Source: an uncultured Haloferula sp.
Lineage (GTDB): Bacteria; Verrucomicrobiota; Verrucomicrobiia; Verrucomicrobiales; Akkermansiaceae
DNA length: 64,000 nucleotides
Direction of reading: 5' to 3'
Assembly (NCBI GenBank): GCA_965652295.1
Contig: CBFGTS010000003.1
Coordinates: 192,001 to 256,000, forward strand
This document shows, piece after piece, positions 1-9,252 of this stretch. The notes under the pieces are model-generated. The model did not search any database. It saw only the letters and a program-made list of their open reading frames with translations, and had not been told where the DNA came from. The stretch's first letter is position 1; every line of letters begins with the position of its first letter. The translations under genes were made by a program, and so were the position numbers.

Positions 1-328
1 TCTTTCCCGGCTTGGGGATGAGGAGACGCCTCACGGCGGATGGTCGGTGGCCAGCGTCGAGCTGCTCCGCCATGCGGAACCGCTGAACGGGCGTGGGACT
101 CTCTACACCGTCGATGCCGGCGGTCTTCTTGCCTGAGCTGCTCTGGGCCACCTGCCTGACGGCAAGCAGCTTCGCTTGGAAGCTCCCGAGCAGCCGGCGC
201 TGATACCGGTGTATTGCTTCAATGTCATCACGCAATGCCGCGTCGAAGACGTTCCGTTGCAGTTTGGTGACGTAGCGCCTGACCTCGGGCCAGTCGACAT
301 CACCCCATCGATTGATTTCGCTTTTCAT
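1..328 (-). CDS. Group II intron-type reverse transcriptase/maturase, N-terminal part (RVT_N and start of RT), truncated by window edge
   Basis: Manual translation from ATG at 328 (not in ORF track): MKSEINRWGDVDWPEVRRYVTKLQRNVFDAA...LLGSFQAKLLAVRQV...SGKKTAGIDG...PSAVRRLLIPKPGK. Matches the W..DW...V.KLQ / KLLAVR.V / GKKTAG.DG / VRR..IPK pattern of CL-class intron RTs. Confidence 0.85.
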   Translation of the reverse strand, partial: MKSEINRWGDVDWPEVRRYVTKLQRNVFDAALRDDIEAIHRYQRRLLGSFQAKLLAVRQVAQSSSGKKTAGIDGVESPTPVQRFRMAEQLDAGHRPSAVRRLLIPKPGK

Positions 329-902
329 GGTTCTAATGATTTCGGTTCGTTCCGATGCGCTCCCGCGACCAGTTTTGCGTATCCCGGGCACTACCCCGGG
401 CCTTTGCTTGGTGGTGCACCTGCCCGACGGCAGCATGCGGCCATGAGCCTGCTCGCCGCTTTCGCGGAGAGAGCCGGCGTCGGTGACCACGTTCCGGGAG
501 AGCATGATTTCGCGGGGCTCGGACGAGGGCATCCCACCGAGGTCTGGCCGGTGATCCAGCGGAGAACCCGCTCCGTTGGTGCCCTTCCACCCGGCGAACC
601 GGGGTTCTCGACCTAAGTTTACGTGTTTACGATGGCTTGTATCCCTTTCCTTGTAGTCGTCGTTGCCCCACCTGAGTGCGCCGGCTGCATTGCCGACGCG
701 TTTCCCCCCGCTACAGCCCGCCGGCCCTTCATGGCGGTCGGCAGGTCGAGGGGGTCTTTGCATCGATCACCGCGATGGCGGGAGTTGTGCGACGGTGACC
801 GCCACACTCACCCGCATGCTCTACCGACATCAACGTGGGGGTCGGACCCCCAGTTGTCACCCATCCCCCGCCTGTTGGCGGTTTCGGGTCATCGTGTCGC
901 TT
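329..902 (-). ncRNA. Putative group IIB intron ribozyme domains I-III upstream of the RT, apparently degenerate
   Basis: Minus strand shows AAGCGACACG (cf. GTGCGACACG), GGGTGACAACTGGGGGTCCGACCCCCAC, GGAACGTGGTCACC and AAGCAAAGGCCCGGGGTAGTGCCCGGG in the expected order over about 575 nt. No convincing ORF here. Confidence 0.5.
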
Positions 903-1159
903 ATGAGATTACGTGATTCTGACATTCGCAGGCATTCTGATGTCGGGCTGCCTGCGGGCCCTCTCGTCTGTCAAAGAGCTTCCGTTTCAGGATCACAACA
1001 CAGGAGGCGAGCCACCTGCACAGGAACCTGAAGAGGAGCACTGGGCGCCTCCCGGAACGGCGTAGCCTCTTCGCAACCCCCGGTCGCCCGGGTGGCCACG
1101 GCGATTGCCACCACCGATGTATGTTCCGGCCGCGGAGGACCGGGAGTGATCCCGTCCGG

Positions 1160-1441
1160 TTACCCAATGACGATGCCGAGGGCCTTGACTACCGCTGCTG
1201 GGTTGAACCTCACCGTCCGGCCCGACCGAAGGGCCGCAGGGATCTTCCCCTGGGCCTCCCACTCAAGGATGGTCCGTGAGGTGACCTGGAGCGCATCGCC
1301 AATCTGGGTCGCCGTTGAGGGAGCCGGAAGCGGCACGCCATCGCGTCCCCGGAGGACGAAGTCCCCAGAGGTGTCGGTGGTGTAGCCGTTCGGTTTCACG
1401 AGGCGGAACTGACAATGCAGTCGGCTACGCTGCAAGGCCAA
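1160..1441 (-). CDS. Excisionase/MerR-like helix-turn-helix DNA-binding protein (true start probably further downstream)
   Basis: TATQIGDALQVTSRTILEWEAQGKIPAALRSGRTVRF is a typical HTH_17/Xis pattern. Confidence 0.7.
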   Translation of the reverse strand: MALQRSRLHCQFRLVKPNGYTTDTSGDFVLRGRDGVPLPAPSTATQIGDALQVTSRTILEWEAQGKIPAALRSGRTVRFNPAAVVKALGIVIG

Positions 1442-1724
1442 TTTTCACGTAACCGACTCATTCAGAACAGGTTACGAAATACGATCAAACGCCTGTTTGA
1501 ACACCTAATGAACAGAATGGTCAGGAACAGCCGAGCCTGACTGAACACCTTCAAAACGGAGTACAGGTCGCCCTCCGTGGCTCATGAACAGCTTGTGAAC
1601 ACGGACTTCGCCCCAGTCCTCCCCCAAAAAAATGGCGAAAATTGTGTGCAGCGGCTTTGTAAGCTTCACCTGAAGACACGGATCACCAACGCTCCCTACC
1701 AAAAATCCTCCAGATCACCCTGAT

Positions 1725-2654
1725 ATGAACCACAACGAACCATTAGCCGAAAGACGCCTTCAGCTCGTCGACAAGGTGATCGATACACTCATCTCGAAGC
1801 ATCCTGAGTGGCGCACGAGGGCATATCGACCGAGTCATCAGGAAATGGCGGCTCTGACCGAAGACGCCGAGTTCCTTCTGAGAACAGTGGAGTCGCACTA
1901 CACCCGTTCCGTATACGCCTATCAGCTGTTCTCACCGGACGACCCGATGATGAGCGCCAGAAAAATCGCCGACCGATTCAAGGAGTTCGGCTGGGTCAAC
2001 GGAAAGAGTCACAACACCATCCGGTCGTTGATCAACACGCTCCTCGGCCATGCGGCGACGGAGGCTTCAGCACGGTCAGAGGCGTTCGCAGGATTGATCA
2101 CCGAGCGCACCACGCCTTCGGATTCGACATCCCCATACCGCCCAAAGTCGATTACCGATATTCTGGAAGAACTCGGTGGTGAGGTCGGGCAGCTACTCGA
2201 CAAACTCGGGTTCTCTGACGTCGTCACGGATTCCACCGCGCTGCGAGAGGCGGTGGTGGCATCGGTGGTGAAGTGTGTTGGGATGCAGCTTCATCATGCG
2301 AGTCCCGCCTTCAGAAATGAAGACCTCACCGCTTCTCTAGCCGCCAGTAGCTTTATGAAATACGTTTGTGGGGCGGCCACCGTGAAAGAGTTCGAAGCTC
2401 GCGACGAGAAGTCCGTTCGACCTCACGAGCTGTTTCTCTTCGCTTACCAGCAAGGGCTTTGCGAGGCCGATCTCAGCATTGACATCCGGCGACTAGCCAG
2501 CGATGCGGAGGAATCACTGGGTAGATCCACCCGAAACGCCCTCTCAATACTTGAGAGCCACGGCGGGATCGACGAAGCCATCAACGCGTGGCTAAGAAAA
2601 AATGATCCGCAAAGCTTGGAACCTTACGAAGCCAAACTCCCTTCAACCGATTAA
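1725..2654 (+). CDS. Hypothetical island protein, possible internal HTH
   Basis: 309-aa ORF with normal composition; SARKIADRF...SHNTIRSLI is HTH-like. Confidence 0.6.
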   Translation: MNHNEPLAERRLQLVDKVIDTLISKHPEWRTRAYRPSHQEMAALTEDAEFLLRTVESHYTRSVYAYQLFSPDDPMMSARKIADRFKEFGWVNGKSHNTIRSLINTLLGHAATEASARSEAFAGLITERTTPSDSTSPYRPKSITDILEELGGEVGQLLDKLGFSDVVTDSTALREAVVASVVKCVGMQLHHASPAFRNEDLTASLAASSFMKYVCGAATVKEFEARDEKSVRPHELFLFAYQQGLCEADLSIDIRRLASDAEESLGRSTRNALSILESHGGIDEAINAWLRKNDPQSLEPYEAKLPSTD

Positions 2655-2768
2655 CATTCTGGAGGCCACCCGCCCTCTACGATGCCAGTTCGGATTTTAA
2701 GGGCAGTTTTCGGGCATCGCCAAATAGAACCCCCTCCGCCCTACTAGCGTAACTCTTTGATCATAAGA

Positions 2769-2853
2769 TGCCACCGGGGGGACTCGAACCCCCACGCCGG
2801 TTGCCCGGCAGCGGATTTTAAGTCCGCGGCGTCTACCATTCCGCCACGGTGGC
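2769..2853 (-). tRNA. tRNA-Leu(TAA), CCA not encoded
   Basis: GCCACCG acceptor stem, TGGCGGAATGGTAGACGC D-arm, GCGGA-CTTAAAA-TCCGC anticodon arm, long variable arm, GGTTCGAGTCC T-arm. Confidence 0.97.
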
Positions 2854-2874
2854 TTTCGCAAAAATCGACCAAGC

Positions 2875-4467
2875 TCACCCCCGCTTGCGGATGGCGGCGA
2901 GGGCTTGCTCGATCTGAGTTCGGATCTCGCCCTGCGCACCCTCCCGGACGCGCTCCAGAGGAGCAAGCGATTTGTCGGTGCCGACGCGCTCGAGCAGACG
3001 GATCGCCGACACGCGCAGAAGCAGCGAATCGGCATCGAGAGCCTCGATCACCGGCTCCTCGATGGTGCTGCCGAGATCGCCGTAGAGAGCCTCCCAGTCG
3101 CCGGGACGTTCAAGCCAAAGGCCGTGGATGAAATCGATGGCGCGACTGTCTCCTCCCTTCACGAGGAACTCGATCATCGGGCGGGGAACTTCACCGCCTT
3201 TGCGATCGATTTCCGCGGCAGCCTCATGAACCGCTTCGATCGAGCCATCGCCCGGCTGGGACCACACCGCGAGGGCCCGCGCCAAATCGGAGCGGAGGTC
3301 CTTGTCTCCCGTTTTCAACAGCTCACGGAGCCGCGCGGCGATATCGGTGCGGTAGCGCACTGGCTCGACGGTGGCCAGACGCTTGACCGCCTGCTCGACG
3401 CGGTCCTGATCGATGCTCTGGAGTTCGCGCAGGTTCAGATCGAAAAACGCCGGATCCTTCGGGTCGCCGAGTTTGCTGAGCGAGCCCGCGACAAAGCGTT
3501 GGTTGTCGACGTTGACCTCGACGACGTTGAGTTCGTCCACAACGCGGCCGACCTCTCCGAACCGTTCGCAAACGGCGGCGACCGCCTTGACGTCCGGCTT
3601 CACCCCGTGGAGGACCACGAGATAGTCCGAGGGCGGGCGGCTGTAGGCCCATGACTTGTCTCCGGCCTGTGTGGAGCGGATGAGGTACTTGACGATGAGG
3701 TCCTTGTTATACTCGCGCACATCGCGCAGCCACACGCCGATCGCCGTCACTCCGTCCTTCACGCCATCGGGGCCGTATTCCGTGATCGCTTCCTGGAGTT
3801 TCGAATACGTCATCTCCTCCTTCATGGCGGCATGAGGATCGAGAGGCAGAGGCTCGGCGACCACCGGGACGGGGCCGGCATCCACGCCGACAGTCCTCCG
3901 CGGGTCCGGCAGTCCGGTGCGGAAGACGAATGGCAGCGACAGGAGAACAACAAGGCTGACCAGCCCGCCAGCCAGGCCCTTTTTTCGAGCGTAGGGATTC
4001 GCGGCCACCAACAGGCACAGGGCAATGACTCCAGTGAAAGCGGCCAGCACGAGGCGTTTGGTCATCGATGCTCCGTCGAGCAGCTGGCCGGGCCCGCCGC
4101 CGACGATGAAAAGCAGGCCGACGAGAACCACGAAAAGCACCGCGACGATGCCGACCACCAGGCGCAGGGGGGAAAAGGTCTGAACCGGCCGGCCTTCGCC
4201 ACCACCGTAAACTTGAGCTGGCTGGAACTGAGGCATGGGCCCGGATTTCATCGGCACCCGGCTGAAACGCTCCAGGGCCGGGTCGCGATGTTCTCCCGGA
4301 TAGAATTTCCGCGCGCGCACCACCACGTCCTCGCTGACGCGAAAACGCTCATCGCAACCGCCGCATTCCACCATCTTCCCCATGAAGTCCGGGCCGACCT
4401 TGAAACGCTGGGTGCACTTGGGGCACCGGATTGTGATTTTTCCCGAGTCGTCGGAGGCAATGTCCAT
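2875..4467 (-). CDS. Membrane protein with N-terminal zinc ribbon and C-terminal HEAT-like repeats
   Basis: CPKC...CGGC near N-terminus, three hydrophobic segments, C-terminal LRVSAIRLLERVG...ALAAI. Confidence 0.75.
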   Translation of the reverse strand: MDIASDDSGKITIRCPKCTQRFKVGPDFMGKMVECGGCDERFRVSEDVVVRARKFYPGEHRDPALERFSRVPMKSGPMPQFQPAQVYGGGEGRPVQTFSPLRLVVGIVAVLFVVLVGLLFIVGGGPGQLLDGASMTKRLVLAAFTGVIALCLLVAANPYARKKGLAGGLVSLVVLLSLPFVFRTGLPDPRRTVGVDAGPVPVVAEPLPLDPHAAMKEEMTYSKLQEAITEYGPDGVKDGVTAIGVWLRDVREYNKDLIVKYLIRSTQAGDKSWAYSRPPSDYLVVLHGVKPDVKAVAAVCERFGEVGRVVDELNVVEVNVDNQRFVAGSLSKLGDPKDPAFFDLNLRELQSIDQDRVEQAVKRLATVEPVRYRTDIAARLRELLKTGDKDLRSDLARALAVWSQPGDGSIEAVHEAAAEIDRKGGEVPRPMIEFLVKGGDSRAIDFIHGLWLERPGDWEALYGDLGSTIEEPVIEALDADSLLLRVSAIRLLERVGTDKSLAPLERVREGAQGEIRTQIEQALAAIRKRG

Positions 4468-4557
4468 CTGGAGGGAGCTTGCACAGGCCGGCCGAAACAA
4501 TGCAATCCTCCTTCCCCGGGGCTTGCCCGGCGGACCCGCCTTCGCCACTGTCGCTTC

Positions 4558-5262
4558 ATGCTACCCACCATTGAGGCTCTGCTGGTCGTGCAGGACCGTG
4601 ACCGCCGCCTGCTTGATCTCGAAAACCAGCTCGGCAAGATTCCCGGCGATGAGGCGAGGGCTCAGGGCAAGCTTGACCGGGATCTGGCGGCTCTTGCCAA
4701 GGCCAAGGAGGCCGTCCAAGCGAACGGCGTGGCGGCCAAGAAGCTCGAAATCGACATCGAGACCCGGAAGACCACCATCATCCGCCTACGCCAGCAGCAG
4801 TTCGAGACGCGGAAGAACGAGGAATACCGGGCGCTCGGCAATGAAGTCGACCGCTACAACGCAGAGGTCGACAAGTTGGAAACGCAGCTTCTCGAGCTGA
4901 TGGAGGAAGCCGACGGATTGCGCAGCCGCCAGGCCGAAGCCGAACAGGCCTTGGCCGCTTCACGCAAACTGGTGGACGAGGACCTGGCGAACCTGGCGAG
5001 CCGACGGGAAAATTTGGAAGCCCAGCTCGCGGAGACCCGGGCGGAGCGTACGGAGCTGGCGAAAGCTGCCGATCCCGAGTTGTTGGACCTCTATGACCGC
5101 CTGCTGAGGAAGAAGGGCGGCATGGCGATCGCCCCCGCCGAGCAGGGTCAATGCGGCGGCTGCCACGTCAAGCTCATCCCCGCGACCTTGGTCAAGCTCC
5201 AGGGAGGAAGCTCGGTGGTGCAGTGCGAGACCTGCGGGCGGATTCTCTATCTTCCCGCCTGA
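4558..5262 (+). CDS. Coiled-coil protein with C4 zinc ribbon (DUF164/HP0958 family)
   Basis: LLVVQDRD start, long coiled coil, CGGCH...CETCGRILY. Confidence 0.9.
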   Translation: MLPTIEALLVVQDRDRRLLDLENQLGKIPGDEARAQGKLDRDLAALAKAKEAVQANGVAAKKLEIDIETRKTTIIRLRQQQFETRKNEEYRALGNEVDRYNAEVDKLETQLLELMEEADGLRSRQAEAEQALAASRKLVDEDLANLASRRENLEAQLAETRAERTELAKAADPELLDLYDRLLRKKGGMAIAPAEQGQCGGCHVKLIPATLVKLQGGSSVVQCETCGRILYLPA

Positions 5263-5267
5263 TCCTC

Positions 5268-7478
5268 TCAGTTGCTCACGGCGCTGCCCTCGTAGAACTC
5301 GCGGGGCTTCTCTTCGAGCACCACCAGCCAGTTCAGCATCGACACCGGCGGCAGCGCCGCCGGGTGTCCGATGGGTGCCAGGTTGACCACCATCTTGTCG
5401 TGACCGAGTTCCTTGTTGGACGCGGTTTTCACATCGAGGAGGTGGACGGAGGTCGAGGACGCCGAGTCCGTCCCCGCCAAGCTGCCGAGCTGGCCCGAGA
5501 GCGTCAGGTTGTAGGGATCATTCTCCGCTCCGTAGCGCTTCTCCGGGGCGAAAAGAGAACACGGCGGATAGAAGGGCGAGGGCAACCCACTACCCGTCGG
5601 AGGGGTGGTCGCGACGATGTTGAAATCGTCCGCAATGTAGAGCCTCAGGTTCGTCACCACGGAAAAGCCTTTGGTGAAGGTCGTCAGATCGCCGCACTCG
5701 TGCAGGATCACCCCGTAGTCGAGATCGGTGCAAGGGATCGAAGGTTTGGGAATGAAGGAATTCGCCACGTAATCGACATTGATCGCTATGGAGTGGTTCA
5801 CCGCCGGTCCGTCGGCTCCGATCAACTCCAGGAACCGCTTGAAGCGCTCGGGGTAGAGGGTGATGCAGGGTTTCGAGCCGTGCAACACCGTCACCTCGAA
5901 CGGATAGCTCGGCCGGAAGTAGCCGTTCTTGAGCACACCCACGTAAGGGTCTCCAAAACGCGCATTGTCGAAGGTGACGGAGCCGCTGACACCCGTCTGA
6001 TAGTAATACTGGCCGCTTTTTCCATACGCCACGTCCACCGGATAGGGAAACAGCACGGTCTCGTGCTCCACGCAGCACTGGACGTAGCCCGGGGGCAGTC
6101 CCACATCGGCCCCCTCCTGCAGATCGATCACCATCGTCTGCATGGTGCCGCCTTTTTTGTACCTGAAGGTAAGCTCGGAGGGCGTGAGATCATCGCTGCT
6201 GACGACATCGGTGATGTCGAGCGTCATCGCGCAACGCCGGGCGCCGATCGAGTAATCATCCCAGGTCGTGGGGGAAAGAGTCAGCGTCTGCGCGGTGCCT
6301 GCAAAACGGTCGAAGAAGTCCACGCCGCGGTTGATCGGAATGAAGGCCGCCAGACCGCTCTCCGATGCCAGGGAAACCGGCATGTAGCTGCCATGGGTAA
6401 CCTCGAACTTTTCGCGAACACCGGGAGCGAAGGGATTGGTGGCCACCGCCGCGCCGGAATCATCCGTCACCACCCCGGTGGTGTCGCCGGTCGCGAGCAA
6501 CGGGTTGTCGCCGATCTGGGCGTCCGGCGCGATCTCCAGCCCGTTCCGGCCCGCCACCCAGTCCACGTCCATGCCGGAGCCAACCCGGGCACGGGACGCG
6601 AAGACCCCTCCCGCGATCGTGGTGTTCTGCCATTGGGTCCCATCCTCGTACTCACCAAGCACCGCAAAAGCCTCGGCGGAAATCGCAAGCTGCGAGGGCA
6701 CTTCGTAGATTGAGAGCACGAAGTCGCGCTCGCGCCGCTGGACCTTGGTGGCGGCCTTCTGATGGTCCCCGAGGTTCATGGTGAAGGCCCACCAGTTCTG
6801 CTTCGCCACGAAGGGCTGACCCGGCTCGGAATAACCGAAGCGAATGTTGGGGTAGGAGATCACGTTGAACTGCGGGTAGTCGGTCACCGACGCCCCCACG
6901 CGCGATTCCGCACGGCTGCCGTAGACTTTGGACTCCGTGATGATCGGATACGTGCGGTCCCTGCTGGCGACCGTCGAGCTGCTGGTTTCCAGAGGCGGTG
7001 GAAAATCGGTGCCGAAATCCGCATTCAGACCGGGGGTGGCATAGCCGGTCCCGGAATAGGCGCGGAAGGTCGTCGAGGAGTCGGACGCCGCATCACCGGT
7101 GTTGCCGTTGATCGCGCCATCCAGGCCAAAGTCACTCAACATGGTCGCATCGACCGAGGATTCGGCGTTGGCAGAGAGAATGGCGTCTTCGAAGATCGAT
7201 TCCCACTTCAAGGGAGTGCGGGTCGCGGACGACGCGTCGGACCCGCCACGCATCACCTTCATTGCGGCGTTGGCCGTGAGAGGGATGATGGCCCGGAGCA
7301 CGGCGTCTTCCTTCGAGTCGTAGTCGCCCCGCAGGGTGACCTCCGCCTGGACCGTATGAGACCGGGACGCCTCGCGGTAGGTGCCCATCATCATCACCAA
7401 TACCGTGAGACCCATGGTGAGGACCAGAACGTAGGAGATGTAGCCGCGCGGCTGATGGAATGCGTTCGTTTTCATCAC
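5268..7478 (-). CDS. Large PilX-like/pilus-associated protein
   Basis: Basic leader then GYISYVLVLTMG hydrophobic helix; overlaps upstream pilin gene by 4 nt. Confidence 0.65.
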   Translation of the reverse strand: MMKTNAFHQPRGYISYVLVLTMGLTVLVMMMGTYREASRSHTVQAEVTLRGDYDSKEDAVLRAIIPLTANAAMKVMRGGSDASSATRTPLKWESIFEDAILSANAESSVDATMLSDFGLDGAINGNTGDAASDSSTTFRAYSGTGYATPGLNADFGTDFPPPLETSSSTVASRDRTYPIITESKVYGSRAESRVGASVTDYPQFNVISYPNIRFGYSEPGQPFVAKQNWWAFTMNLGDHQKAATKVQRRERDFVLSIYEVPSQLAISAEAFAVLGEYEDGTQWQNTTIAGGVFASRARVGSGMDVDWVAGRNGLEIAPDAQIGDNPLLATGDTTGVVTDDSGAAVATNPFAPGVREKFEVTHGSYMPVSLASESGLAAFIPINRGVDFFDRFAGTAQTLTLSPTTWDDYSIGARRCAMTLDITDVVSSDDLTPSELTFRYKKGGTMQTMVIDLQEGADVGLPPGYVQCCVEHETVLFPYPVDVAYGKSGQYYYQTGVSGSVTFDNARFGDPYVGVLKNGYFRPSYPFEVTVLHGSKPCITLYPERFKRFLELIGADGPAVNHSIAINVDYVANSFIPKPSIPCTDLDYGVILHECGDLTTFTKGFSVVTNLRLYIADDFNIVATTPPTGSGLPSPFYPPCSLFAPEKRYGAENDPYNLTLSGQLGSLAGTDSASSTSVHLLDVKTASNKELGHDKMVVNLAPIGHPAALPPVSMLNWLVVLEEKPREFYEGSAVSN

Positions 7479-8008
7479 TGTTCGGTTCCTGAATAGACAA
7501 GCTCTTCGCCGTTCGGACCGGCCAGGCGCATCCGGAGGATTCCCTGTTCCACGGAAAAGGTGACGTCGGCAGGTTCCTTCGTCACCGCCCAGTCCGGATC
7601 GCCGATGGTGCCGGAGGTCGGGACCAGCCGATAATAAAGTCCCTGCCCGAAACCCGATCCGGGGTCTTCGAAGGAAAGCACGCTGGCCTTGAGGGTGCCG
7701 TTCGGAAGGCGGTAGCGAAGCACCAGCACGTCGGCGTCGGCGAGCACCGGCTGTCCGCCGTTCCGCAAAGCGGCGATGTCCGTGTAGAGCCGATAGCCCT
7801 CGGCGCTCCCGATCACCTTGGAGATCTGGGCGTGGATCATCGGAGCCTCGCGGGTGAGGAAATCCTGGGCGTTGAAGATCCGGATGAACGCCAGCTGTTG
7901 GTTCATCATCAGAATCGACATCGACGCCGCGGTGAGACCGATGACGATGGCCAGCGCGAGCTCGATGAGGGTGAACCCCCGACGTTTTCTGGTGAATCCC
8001 GTTCTCAT
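7475..8008 (-). CDS. Prepilin-type N-terminal cleavage/methylation protein
   Basis: RKRR-G|FTLIELALAIVIG motif. Confidence 0.85.
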   Translation of the reverse strand: MRTGFTRKRRGFTLIELALAIVIGLTAASMSILMMNQQLAFIRIFNAQDFLTREAPMIHAQISKVIGSAEGYRLYTDIAALRNGGQPVLADADVLVLRYRLPNGTLKASVLSFEDPGSGFGQGLYYRLVPTSGTIGDPDWAVTKEPADVTFSVEQGILRMRLAGPNGEELVYSGTEQ

Positions 8009-8532
8009 TGGGAGCGGACGACGGTTCGGGTTTTCACATAGGTCCTGCCACCGATCTCGTAGGTCAGGATGCTCTGGAAGTTCCAGATGCGGATTCCCGC
8101 GGGGTTCTTGGTGACGTCTCCCGTCCCTCCATCGACGGGGAAATTGTCCGGATCGGGCATCCGGGTGCGGATCACGGTGCCGCTGATGGCTGCGCCACCC
8201 GGCAGCTTGCCCAGCTCGACGGTCGACTGCGCCTTCTCCGGATAGGCCGGCCAAGGAGAGGTATCGGCGAGGAGGTCGTTGAAAGGCAGCCGCTGGGCGA
8301 GGGCTTTCTCGTAGGTGAGGTAGGCGTCGGTGACGGTCTGCTGGAGCGTCCACTGGCGCGGCGCGGTGATGTTGAGCGCCAGTTTCATGAAGATCAGCGC
8401 CAGCCCCGCCAGGAACAACATGGCGTAGGTGGCCTCCAGCAGAGCGGAGCCGCGGAGGCGCGCCCGGGGAGGACGCAGCCGGGCTGCTCGTCTGCCAGAG
8501 AGGCATCGTGGGGGTGGAGCCGCTCCAAACAC
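8005..8532 (-). CDS. Pilin-like (minor pilin/TadE-like) protein; start uncertain
   Basis: RLRG|SALLEATYAMLFLAGLALIF with Glu at +5; overlaps next gene. Confidence 0.7.
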   Translation of the reverse strand: MFGAAPPPRCLSGRRAARLRPPRARLRGSALLEATYAMLFLAGLALIFMKLALNITAPRQWTLQQTVTDAYLTYEKALAQRLPFNDLLADTSPWPAYPEKAQSTVELGKLPGGAAISGTVIRTRMPDPDNFPVDGGTGDVTKNPAGIRIWNFQSILTYEIGGRTYVKTRTVVRSQ

Positions 8533-8647
8533 TTAATTTGACTTAATAAAATTTCTCTCGTTTGGCAACCCGCGTCATCGCGGGCTCGCTTGGAGAGGAG
8601 TCCGGCCGGGACTTGCGGTGATCCCGATCCCTCCTCAAGCTGCCCGC

Positions 8648-9238
8648 ATGCGGATCGCGATCATGATGCTGTGGCTGACCGCTGCCGGCCTGCTGCACGC
8701 GCAGGCGGTGCTGGAGCCGCCTCTGGGGATGAAATGGGGCGACCGCCCGGAGCGCCTCATCGGGTGGGCAGACGACCATGAACTCGACGTCCGGATCGAC
8801 CTCCCGGCCAAGGAGCCGCACCTCAGGGTGATCCGTCTCTCCTCTCCCGCCGGGAAGCTTCCCAAGGGCGACGCAAGCAGCCTTGAAGCCCGCTATGTGG
8901 ACGGACGGCTGATCGAAATGACCCTGCACTACGGCGGTTCGACGGCAGAGGCCGCCCGGGTCGAAGCCGCGTTCCAAGCGGAGCGCAAGCGGCTCACGGC
9001 GGAGCACGGAAAGCTCACGGCGAACCGCCAGGAGCGCTCCGTCGAAAACCAGTTTTCCACCGTGACGTATTCGTTTCATCGCGAGCCGGTCCGCGGCCTT
9101 TTCCTGCTGATCGCCTTCACCCGGATCGAGGATTTGCTCCGCGACCAGAGCGAGGCCGAGTTCTCGGTGATGTACCGCAACGACAACCTGAGGACCCGGA
9201 TTGAGAACGAACGGACGTCAGCCGACGGCTCCCGCTGA
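8648..9238 (+). CDS. Secreted hypothetical protein
   Basis: Signal peptide (LHA|Q), PLGMKWG motif, host-like codon usage. Confidence 0.7.
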   Translation: MRIAIMMLWLTAAGLLHAQAVLEPPLGMKWGDRPERLIGWADDHELDVRIDLPAKEPHLRVIRLSSPAGKLPKGDASSLEARYVDGRLIEMTLHYGGSTAEAARVEAAFQAERKRLTAEHGKLTANRQERSVENQFSTVTYSFHREPVRGLFLLIAFTRIEDLLRDQSEAEFSVMYRNDNLRTRIENERTSADGSR

Positions 9239-9252
9239 CCCACGGCCGACCG

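Larger units (their letters stand above)
1..2768. mobile_element. Right edge of a probable integrative element/genomic island at the tRNA-Leu 3' end
   Basis: Abuts the tRNA 3' end and holds an excisionase-like HTH, an orphan ORF and an intron RT. No integrase or second att copy seen in the window. Confidence 0.55.

Noticed and set aside
176..1031. Short plus-strand ORFs at the left end
   Set aside because: They are antisense to the RT and intron-like RNA and have no recognisable protein features.
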